Origin: Camelus ferus
Lineage: Eukaryota
Length of the DNA stretch: 64,000 bases
Direction of reading: 5' to 3'
NCBI RefSeq assembly: GCF_009834535.1
Contig: NC_045715.1
Span: 18,724,001 to 18,788,000, forward strand
The position numbers and the translations under genes were made by a program. Under the pieces are notes generated by a model, which saw nothing but the letters and a program-made list of their open reading frames with translations, did not search any database and had not been told where the DNA came from. Positions 22,966-34,122 of the stretch are shown here, one piece after another (the stretch's first letter is position 1; each line of letters opens with the position of its first letter).

Positions 22966-24959
22966 AACTTCTGGCATCTAAAAGAACACTAACTCTTTTA
23001 GAGTGGTCTCAGGCCTGCCTAAGTCTCCTCAGCCTTAAAGACGAGCTCAGGGAGAGCTCTTATCATTTCTCCTTATCCACAATCAAAGCAAGTGCCCCCA
23101 CCCCCTCCACCCCCAGACGCAAAGTCTAAAGGAAGCACAGATGTTAGTTTCCTTACACATGCCCCACTGCTCTTCCTTTTTGGACAGGACAGCAAACCTG
23201 TCTAATTGCTTCAGTGGAATATATATTCCCACAGGCTTCAGAGAAGATAATAAAATATTTTTAGTTCTCCAATCTGAGTTCAGTAACATTTTAAAGTATA
23301 AATGGTCTTTATTACTTCAGAATAGTTCTTTAAGAGTTTGAAGCTCTGATCTCAGACTCCCGGTGTAGGATATGCTGAAGCCTACCATGGGCCTCCGGAT
23401 GGAAAGCGAACCAATTTAACAGGAATCAAGTCAAGGGTCAAAGTGTAGGTGTAAACCATACACTTGCTTAGCGAGTGGTTGCCCTTTCACATCGGCCTCC
23501 TGGTAGGCTCTATCTGTGCAAGTTCGGAAGCAAGTTTCAGAGTAAAGTCACAAGCGGGCAAATATCCTCAGGAACAGAGACCACTAACCAGCTTCCAAGG
23601 ACTCAAACTGATGTTCAGAAGAAAGAAAAGTAGTGAGAGGAGAAGAATTAGAATAGAAGTAAGTCCTGACATTATTTCCTCATGGATACTTTAAGAGAAG
23701 GCAAGTTTTAATTTCAATTATTTAATTTTTTTCTGATAATAAATTTTTTTCTTACCCTGATCTACTTGTCTCTTAACCATAAAAACATGATTGGCAGTCA
23801 TACTTAATAGTATTATTAATGGCTATATTTTCCTTTGACATATCTAGGAAAAAAGAGGGCAGTAGGGACAACTGCATAAGGAAGCAAATACTGGACTAGA
23901 GTATAACTTTTAATGTAGTTGATAATAGATAATCATAGAAGTATAATTCATGTAGACTAATGAAGTACTAAAAATCCATGCTTATGAAATTCTAGATAAA
24001 TTTCAGATTCGTGGATTCCAACACAGAACTTCTACCCAAACTTCAGGAATTCTACACATTCACAATTAAGAACTATGAACATAATAACAACTATGAACTG
24101 CTTTTAATTATGATGTCAGAAATGTATACTTATACTAAAACTCATCAGTTTTCTATTTTTTCTGACTATTTAGATAATGCTAATATTCTATTTGTAGATG
24201 ATCCATGTGTATTGATACAACGTATGTGTATAAAACATGTTTCAAAATATTTTTTAGCTTGGAATACTTCAAGAAAACTTGATATATAAAGACAAAATCT
24301 TCCAGACATTTGAAAAATCTATCAATAATAACTGCTTTATCCCGTTGGATAAGTTTCTATCAGTTTAAGATTTCATTAATTCAAGCTAAAGTGGAATCAG
24401 GGTCTTACTTTGATATTGAGAGTCTACTGATTTTATTGTACGCCACTATTCTTATCTCCAAACAAGGACTAGTAACTGTATCTTCATATCAATCTGTTTT
24501 AAGAACAAATTGATGATCTTAAACTTCTTAAACAGATTTTAATTTATGTACCTCATGTGATCAGTGACTCTAATCATAAGCAAATGCAAAATAAAATAAA
24601 CCAATTAGTAAAATACTTTCCCAAATCTTTAAAACATTCTATGGGTCATATTGTCTTAATTTGTACCTAAATGGATATCATTTTAATTTAAAAAAAAAAA
24701 GATTGAAAATTTCCTAAAAGTTCTTTTTTTCCCCCAGGTAAGTAAATTTTTATATATTATATTCATCGGAATAATAGTGATTTGATAAGTTGGAAAGGAT
24801 GCAGATGTCCATCTGCCTAATGGACCTTTTCACTAAGAGGTTCTATAGAAACTTCATATTCACTTGTCCCCCAAATTAAATTGGTTATCACCACCAATTC
24901 AAAGGTACCCCCCTTTCCTTCTGTGTTTCTACTTTATTAAGCAACTGTGCAACCATACA

Positions 24960-25660
24960 GACATAAACTTGAAGACCCTGCTTCACCATCCTCCCATCTC
25001 TCCTCTGATAAATCTCCCAGTGCTGCAGATTCTCTCTAGCATCGCTCGTCCATCTATCTGTAGGCTTCTCTTTACTGCAGCTTTCACAGGGTAGCAGATC
25101 ACAAACATCTTTCATCTAGAGATCTGCGCCCATCTCATGGTTGCCTCCCACTTTCCAGTATTGCTCTTGTCTAATTCATAGCAGCCAGAGTAAGTTCTAA
25201 AATCCAAACTCAGTCATGTAACTCAATGCTACTCTCTTTTTTAACATAAAGACAGAACTCCTTAACATGAACTACTAGACCAAGCATACACTAGCCTTGA
25301 TTATATCTCCAGTCTGAGTGAATTTCGTTCCCTCATCACACTGCACAATACCAAGCTATTTCAACTTCTCCCGTGTGACACTCTTTTTCTTGACTCTAGT
25401 CCTCTCATGTTAAAGCTCTTACCCTGAGGTCCTACTTCTTCCAAGAACACATCCCTCATTCCCTGAGTTATAGGTTAGTACCCCATCTATGTCTATACAC
25501 CTTCCAATCACATTATATGTCACACTCTCTACTATAGTTGCCATATTATTCTCTGAATTCCACTTTGGACTATAATCTCCATGAGGGCAAGGATCATCTA
25601 TATATTGTCACATTATCCCCAGAATTTTGCATGGTGTCAGTTATATGATAGACACTCATG
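24960..25660 (-). mobile_element. L2 fragments
   Basis: CAGCCAGAGTAAGTTCTAAAATCCAAACTCAGTCATGT...CTCCATGAGGGCAAGGATC...TAGACACTCA are antisense L2 3' motifs. Confidence 0.65.
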
Positions 25661-26689
25661 TTTTATTTTTTCCTAGATATACCTCAAGCTTTCATTCTGT
25701 ACAAGTAGGACACCTACAGTTGACTAAACTGCCAAAAGCTTTTGAATAAAGACTAGACTGGAAACCATGAATGAATTATAAATAAGGAGAAGAGTATTAA
25801 TGAAAAAGAAATTTAAAAATTAGAAAGACAAGCAATATTAATTTTTACAGATAGTAACAGAAAAAATAAGACTATAAAAGTGCAAATAAGACAAAGGGGA
25901 CTTTGAAACAGACATTTTCTTCTCCCAAAAATTATAATAAGGCCACTCACTCACTAACTCTATTTAAATGACACAGTGGGCTTCACTGCTCTAGTTCCAG
26001 TATACCGCTTTGATGAAACTGGTGACTGGAGATGAAGAACCACAGATACTGCATGTAAACACAACAAAGCAACCCTCTAAAACCCAGCAGTTCTCGAGCC
26101 ACATGTGGCCAGGAGCACTTACAAGGAATATAACTTCTGTGATAATAATAAATCTTTGGGTATATGATATATTAGGCAGAATAATAAATATCTCACAAAT
26201 TAACTTCTTTATCTTTACCCCAGATAAGGGATATTGTTGCTGTTGTTGTCATCTCACTGGACAGTTAAGGATACTCATGTGAATATAACTTGCCTAAGGT
26301 TACATAGCTACAAACCAGGGCTGAGCCTTACTTCAAATGAAGATTGATCTACCCAAAATGGACTTACCTACTATTCTTTGCTGCCTTTGTAAAAGTGAGA
26401 ACATGGAGACAGATTAACGGTGGGAGAGCATCATCAAGGCAGAGTCATCCATCAGCACATTGCATCCCATGTTCCTAAATTTCAGAACCTATTTCATATC
26501 CAAATTTTCATAGTAGTTCTTTAAATTTGTCTGGTCTTCTGAGCCTAACAATTTCCCATAGCCTTAACAATCTACATGAGAACTGAAGCTTTGTTGTCCC
26601 TGGGTTTGGGATGTACCTGGGCATGTCCAGAGTCAGTTTGCCTGACAGACTGAGAAAGTCCTGGTATGTAATTCAACAAACAAATTTAA

Positions 26690-26920
26690 AGTATACATAT
26701 GTTTTGCTTGAAGTCTTTACCAAAATATAAGCATGTCGAAAGCTAATTTATTTAACCCCTTAAACAACCCTTTGAATTAGGAACTATTATTATGCCCATT
26801 TTACAGGTTATAAAATTGGGCACAGAGTGTTTAAGTAAATTGTCCAAGGTCTCTGAGCTACTCAATAGCATTGCTGGGATGTGAAACCATGCTTCAGGGT
26901 CTGGGCTGATTACCAGACTG
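26690..26920 (-). mobile_element. MIR SINE (further MIR fragments near 1160-1290, 17020-17170, 26100-26330, 27340-27520, 28740-28900, 44680-44760, 51960-52195, 56500-56660)
   Basis: ATTATTATGCCCATTTTACAGG...GTTTAAGTAAATTGTCCAAGGTC MIR core. Confidence 0.7.
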
Positions 26921-29900
26921 CTGCCTCCTTCTCAATTATCTGTTGGTCACTCAAGTAAAGATATTCAGAAAAAGTTGAATGTGCAGATCTATATTTCAGA
27001 ATAAAAATCTAAGAGCTATTTAATTGATAAGCATCAGCATATGAATGGTATTTGAGTCAAGTGTAAAGATGATATCAGAATAATATTTGAAGTAAGTTGG
27101 ATCTAAAATATGAGAAGTACTAACATTCAAGATTTGTGCTTGGTAATACGAGTTGTTCTTGATATTGTTATTTTCTTTGTGTGACATACTAGAAGCATTT
27201 AATACTTTTGTCCATATCAGTTTTGAAATGTTTTCTTGGATTCCATTTCACAATGGAATAGAAGAGACTTAATGGAATAAAAAAGAGAGAAAGAGATCAA
27301 GTTAATGAAAATCATTGTTACAATACAGTTCAATATGGTATCCAATATAATTACACATATAGTTTCATCCTTACAATAATTCTGTGAGATGTATACTTTA
27401 CCATTTCTATTTCACAGAAAAGGAAATTGAAAACAGAGCAGTTAAATATCTTGACCAAGGTCATAAGACTGGTAAGGGGAGAGCCATGATTTGGACGATT
27501 GTTCCAATATACTACTGTGAGCTGTATATTTTATGTTTATATTTTTCTAAGTAACTAAATTGTAAATTTTGTTTTAAATGTATTATGTATTTAAATGTAA
27601 TATGTATTTTAATCAAAATAATATTTGCAAAAGTTAAAGCAAGAATAAGTACAAAAAGATCTGCCAATAACAGCAAAAATAATTTTATATAGTGTCTTCC
27701 AACACCAGTTTGTACACTTCAAGGATGAAATTTTTAACTCTTTCTCTTTAAGTTCAATTTATTAATTCTAGGCGTGTACTTATATATTGATTCCTTGATC
27801 TACCAATTTTAGTGTCTGTTGTCGGTGCTTTACCGATACTATCAGTTTATTGTTATTGTCATCCTTCCGTTGATTGTGTAACTTTTACGATATACTCAAA
27901 CTTCTATACCTTGCTTCACCACATTTAGAACTACTTTTTGCTTTCCTTCCACTTCTCCTCCTATTGTATACCTCCTGGCTTTTGTCAGCAGTAAACTCAT
28001 GCTTTGTCAAAATTGACCTTAGGTTTCTAACAACTCTAAGCCCAATAACAGGTAAAGAAGAAGCAGATTAGCAAAATTGAGTAAGAGAAAAATCACAGTT
28101 CTCCCCATATGTCTGAGCACATTTCCACCCACCTAACACCTAATGAAAAGTAATGTTCAAGAAGTAAGAAATAAACAAACAAAATAGATTTAAAAAATTT
28201 TAAAAACAAGAGTGACCAATAGAAGAATGACTAATAGTATCCATGTGTGTATATACACATATGCCACATAATATATTTTCTGGTTGTAATTATTGATTTA
28301 AAATATTTAAAATGCATCTAGATTTTTTGCATATTTTATCTATTTTTACTCTGTGATTATAGAAAATAAATTATGTCAGATTGTCTAATAATTTCAATTA
28401 TAATCTTTTCAATCATTGTTTTAGGTTGTATTTACAATATCAATTTTTCCCAAAAAGGCTATTTTTAGCATAACTTTGTCAGTAACATTGTTATGTTTGA
28501 AGTTATTATTTTTTACTTAAAATCCAGCAAACTTTGAACTAATTAATAACTGTTTTTTTAATTTGTTTAAGAAAACTGAATTTTGGTGACATATTCTTAA
28601 CTTATCCTAAATAGAGTTCTTTGACATTCTCATTTGATTGGGAACAAATCAGTGATTAAAGGATTCAGAGCACTCAACTGCATCCAACTGGGGTCATAAA
28701 TAAATACATTATCTTTCTGTTTTAGCCCCGTGGTATTTAGAAACTTGATTTGAGAGTCAGACACGGATCTGAATTCCACACCTACATCTTCCCAGCTGTG
28801 TACCCTCAGTAAGTTACTAAATGCCTACCTTCAAATTCAGGTGTGAGTATTAAATAAGACAGTCCAAGAAAATACTTAGCACAATGCTAGGCAATAAGTA
28901 AGGGCTTAATATCATTGATAGTCATTATACATTAATTTGTGTGAGTTTTTGATGAATGTCTGTTTCTTCCCCTAGACTACAAATCAATAAAGTAAATTAC
29001 TATCTTAGAAATCTTTTATCTCTGACATACAATACAGAGCTTGGTAAGTAATAGGAGTTTGATAAATATTTGTTGAATATGCAATGATTTATTAATATAA
29101 ATATTTTCAGTAATCCTTATTCCTAAGGTCATATCTTGACTTCTCTGATCTAAGGTTGTATCAATATTGGGAGAGGCCTTTTAAAATCACTTAGAATATA
29201 ACTTCCAGTCAAGTTTTCTTCTCAGGCCACCTATGCAACTCTAATTAATTTAAACTGAGTAAAACAGTTTAGTCTTTAGTAATAACACTGCTAGTAATTA
29301 TACTCAAAATGCACTGTCTTTTTCAGTTCTCTTCTTGATCATGTATAACATAGACCTGTCTTTTCTGGTTTATAATCATAATAACTAACACCTAAAACAT
29401 AGTTTATGGTGTGCAGTTCACAAACGTGTAATGGTGTGTAAAGATATCAGTGTGTATGAAATACTGGTGTAGAGCTGGCAATGGAGATGTGATCCCTTCG
29501 CTCTCACCTGTCCCTCCTGGATCTCATATTACACTTATTTGGTGAGAAAAGCTCACTAGTTATAGTAGGAACTAGTTACAGTGACTATTTGAAGTGGTAA
29601 CTGGTAGAGTCACAAAGCCCTTTAAGCACCTGAGGGAGAGGTGGCACTGAAAACTGTAAATCACATCAGCCTTGGGAGGTAATGATTTAAAGGGACAATA
29701 CATAGAGTATTGAGCAAAAGTCTTTGAGTCAAGCACCATAGTCTGTAGATACAGCACAGGAAACATCTTCATTAATTTGAGGTGCTGAGAAATGTCCTGT
29801 TACTGTTACACATAAGGTCATAAAATCCTCTTAGAGTGTTTTAAACTGTCTGATTTTGGAAGTGCTTTTGACACATTTGAATGAAACTAAAACCTTTACT

Positions 29901-31433
29901 TCTTCAATTATATAATGCAGTCAAAGGGAATCTTTACTTCGAGGAATTACTGACAGGATTTTGAGATTTTTCCTCTACATATCAAAGTTTTTAAAAGCAT
30001 TCATTTATGACTTTTGAATGGATACATTGCTTTTAAATATGAAAAATTGATTTACCTGGATTTTTTTCTAATTTGACAATTAGTTCTTTCTTGGAGATTA
30101 AAACAGCATATTTTTAAGGCAACATAATAGTATTCTCTGTCAATGTATTAAAGTTTATAAATCGTATAAATTTATAAATGGTATAAATGGAATTATATCA
30201 TCTACATATTTATAATTTTATTATATCATTTTATATAAATATAAGTTTCTATTTATATCGACTATATTTATTTTATAATTTGTCATTTAAAAAGCTGTAA
30301 GTCTGCCTTAGTTATATCCAGTTAAAAATATAATTATGAACATCATTCATAAAATGAAGAAATTGTTAAAATACAATATTCATTGAAAACTCCATAATTG
30401 TGTCTTCATAAAATTTCAATTTATTGAACATAAAATTTCAGTTTTATGAACTATGTGAGAATATAGTTGGAGGTAGGGAAAATAAGAACTTCATATAAAG
30501 GATAAAGTAGAAACAAGGATCACATCACTTACAAAAGAATTCATATGTTGTTATGGATTCAATTGTTAAGTATAAATTGAAAGGTGGGGCCGTGAATTCC
30601 AATAAGTATAAATAAAATCAGCCTTTACCTTTATTTGCACTGGTATGCAAAGAGTCACTTTTGAGTTCTATTGATAGACTTTTCTATGATCTCAGTGACA
30701 AATGTTTTCACAAATGCAATAAATGAATAAACATCAAAAAATTAATTAACCTCATAGGTAATATCAAATTTAAACAATATGAGATTTGGGGGGAACCAAA
30801 CAATTGCCAAAGATTTAGGGGAAAATATACTTGGTTAGAATGCAGTAAAACAGGTACTTTTATAATCTTTCTAGCAAGACCTTTAAAATATTGGAAATAT
30901 CCTTAATAACTAACTACAGAGAAATGATTAGAAAAATGATGACACAGCTATAGCAATATTATGCAAATATTAATGATTATTTTTTGTAGAACTTTAAAAC
31001 CAAAGCAAATTTTCACAATGTACAATTGTGAAAGCAAATTTAGAATATAAAATGTATAAACACACCATTATTTAGGTTGTGTTAAATTACATATGCTCAT
31101 AAGAAAAGAGTGAAAAGAAATAAATCAATATTGCAGTAGTGATTGTTTCTGGGATGTGGGTAATCTTTTCCTATCCTTTACATATGTTTGTGTTTTCCAA
31201 ATATTGTACAATGATCTGTAATTTTTTGTATCCAAAAAAGAAGACAATAAAAAGAGATATTCTTCCTAAAGTATATAATCTGTATCTACACAGAATAGTG
31301 AAATTTTATGTATTATTTTGCATGATCACTTGGTATAAGCCTCCTGATTCTATGGATTCCTTAGCCTGCTTCATTAAGAACATGGTGCACTCCTATCTGC
31401 TTCCCTGCAGGTGTGTGCTGATTATCCACTGTC

Positions 31434-32353
31434 ATGACCAACCAGAGCTGCCAGGAACAGTTCATCTTGTTGGGTTTCTCAGACAGACCCAGGCTAGAGC
31501 AGATCCTCTTTGTGTTTGTCCTCATCTTCTACCTTGTGACTTTAGTGGGCAATATTGTCATTATCTTGGTTTCCTGCCTGGACCCCTGCCTCCACACACC
31601 CATGTACTTCTTCCTCACTAACCTGTCCTTCCTAGATCTCTGCTTTACCACCAGTTCGATCCCCCAGCTACTCTTCAACTTAGGCAGCCCAGACAAAACT
31701 ATCAGTTACACGGGTTGTGCCATCCGGCTCTTCATGTTCCTGGGACTGGGTGGCACAGAATGTGTTCTCTTGGCAGTCATGGCTTATGACCGCTTCACTG
31801 CAATCTGCAAGCCCCTCCACTTGTCTGTCCTCATGCACCCTCAGCTCTGCTGGAAGTTGGTGTCTGTGGCCTGGGGAGTTGGGCTTCTCAACTCCCTGGT
31901 TATGTCTCCAGTGACTATGAAGCTGCCATGATGGGGGAGATGTATGGTGAAACATTTTCTATGTGAGATGCCAGCTCTGATAAAAATTGCCTGTGTGAAC
32001 ACAGTGGCTGTGGAGAGCACTGTTTTCATCTTATCAGTAATAATTGTCCTGGTGCCCCGTCACTTATCCTCATTTCTTACAGCTACATTGCCCTAGCAGT
32101 GCTGAGGATTAAGTCGGCCACAGGAAGAAGGAAGGCTTTCAACATGTGTGGGTCCCATCTCACTGTAGTCTCCTTGTTTTATGGGAATATTATCTATATG
32201 TATATGCAACCAGGAAATAGTTCTTCTCAGGACCAAGGGAAATTCCTTACCCTCTTCTACAACCTGGTGACTCCCATGTTGAACCCTGTCATCTACACAC
32301 TGAGAAATAAGGATGTAATGGGTGCACTGAAGAGGTTTGTGTCCAGAAAGTAA
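31434..32353 (+). pseudogene. Olfactory receptor pseudogene, OR2W subfamily (probable OR2W2P ortholog)
   Basis: OR frame starts [22 protein letters not shown] at 31929-31931 where R is expected (KLP*). The frame continues [11 protein letters not shown]...VLVP, then a 1-bp deletion at ~32058 (CCC CG TCA) shifts into [19 protein letters not shown]...[13 protein letters not shown], stop at 32351-32353. Acceptor CCCTGCAG ends at 31410. Confidence 0.93.
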
Positions 32354-32699
32354 GGTGACAGTGACTTTTCCTAATGTTATTTCTTTTACTTAGTTAATAG
32401 AAATAAATCATTCTTGAAGTAAAATGTTTAAATTAATTTAAAAATTCCTACCTACCCAATAAAAACTGCCAGGGATGGAGTTTGAGAATATGTACTATTA
32501 AAGCCCCAAATATGATACTGATGATTAGCTGGATGATAGGTAAAATTTAATTTTCATAATAATTTGTTTGACATTTCAAATCATCTTTTCTCCTCCTTTT
32601 CAAGTTGACCACATCTAATTAAAATTCAACAAAACCATGAATCAATATATATAAAAATTTGGACTAGAATATATAATGAATGTGTACAAGTCAATAATA

Positions 32700-33410
32700 A
32701 AAAGGCAAGCAATCTAGTGAAGAGTGAGCACAAAGCTAAAACCAGACATTTCACAAAATAAGATGTATGCATAGCGAAAAACACATGAAAACGTGCTCAG
32801 TGTTTTCATCTTCATGTATATGCAAATTAACATCACAAAATACCACTTCATAATCACTAAAATGGCTAAATTAAAACAGAAACTCTGATAATACCAAATA
32901 TTAGTAAAGATGCAGAGCAACTGGTACCCTCACGTGTCGCTTGTGGAATATAGAGTGATACAATTACTCTGAAAAAGTGTTTGGCTATTTTTTAGAAAGT
33001 TAAACATACATCCTCTATGATAGAGTATTTACACTGCTGTATCTTTTCCTAAGAAAAATGAAAACAAATGTCCAGAAAAAAGGTTTGTGCAAGAGTAGTC
33101 TCACAGTGGTTTTGTTCATTGTAGCACAAAACTAACAACAATGCAAAAATCTACAATGGAAAAAATGTGATAAGTCACAAAATGTAGTTCCATTCATCAA
33201 TAAAAATGAACAATCTATTGATATATGCAACAGCATGGAAGAACCTCAAAACCTTTCTGTTGTATGAGAGGTCAAACACTAAAGGATGAATACCCTATGA
33301 TTCTAATTTTATGAATTTCTAAATCATCAAAAGACTAAGATTATAGAGAGCAGATCAGTGGTTTCATTCAGGGATTTTTACTGGGAAGGGACATGAAGGA
33401 ATTTTTTAGA
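32700..33410 (+). mobile_element. Old L1M 3' region, cut off at the duplication breakpoint
   Basis: AGACATTTCACAAAATAAGAT...GATGCAGAGCAACTGG...GAGCAGATCAGTGGTT...GGGAAGGGACATGAAGGAATTTTT, then an abrupt switch at 33411. Confidence 0.75.
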
Positions 33411-33936
33411 GTACTTATTTCAGAAAACATTGGAATTACATCATTTGTAAGCATGTAATTTCTAAGTAGTATAGAGCTAAAGGAAACATATATCCTTCAT
33501 TATTTATCTTCATAAAGAGTTAAAAAATTGACCTACAATAGACTGAATGTGGAGTGCATGCTTTGTAAATGTGTGTATATATGTTTATGTGTGTATAATA
33601 ATACATTAATATATAAGATTTAACAAAAACATAATGCATATGTTATTTAAATCTAAACGCAAGTCAAAGTGTAACATGCTATGAAGGAATATGAGAAGAA
33701 ATATTCTTTGGGAAGTATCAGATGATTTTTCCAAGACAGGTTGTAAATCCAGAGAGCAACTGATTTCATGCTAAAAATGACACATTGTTGGCCAAGATGC
33801 TCCCTTCAAATATACTAAAACAGAGTTCACATTCCTGTAGATAAATTAATATAGTAACTTTCCAAAGAGAATCTTGCAAGACTGGTTAACAAACAATTTC
33901 CAAATGCCTGAAATGTGGTCTTAAAAATACTTGGTA

Positions 33937-34122
33937 GAATAGGGAAACAAGATTATACTGTATAGCACAGGAAAATATACACAAGATCTTATGGTAGCTT
34001 ACTGAGAAAAAAAGTCTCAGTTAATATATATATGTTCATGTATGACTGAAAAATTGTGCTCTACACTGGAATTTGACACAACATTGTAAAATGATTATAA
34101 ATCAATAAAAAAATTAAAAAAT
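33937..34122 (+). mobile_element. Young L1 3' end insertion with TSD, present only in copy A
   Basis: TT/AAAAATACTTGGTA (33923-33936) and AAATACTTGGTA (34123-34134). Empty site AAAAATACTTGGTAAGCACT at 57191-57210. Confidence 0.9.

Noticed and set aside
23355-23370. GACTCCCGGTGTAGGA, resembling the 3' end of tRNA-Glu
   Set aside because: Only 16 nt. No upstream TTC B-box, A-box or cloverleaf; likely chance.
23900-23915. AACTTTTAATG, a second partial H/P 13-mer
   Set aside because: One T short, lacks the final A, and has no neighbouring O/E cluster.
30130-30300. Very AT-rich tract with (TATAAAT)-like repeats
   Set aside because: Ordinary low-complexity DNA; no evidence of function.
31139-31621. 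160-aa ORF overlapping the OR pseudogene
   Set aside because: Off-frame read-through of AT-rich intron and OR sequence, with no recognisable domain.
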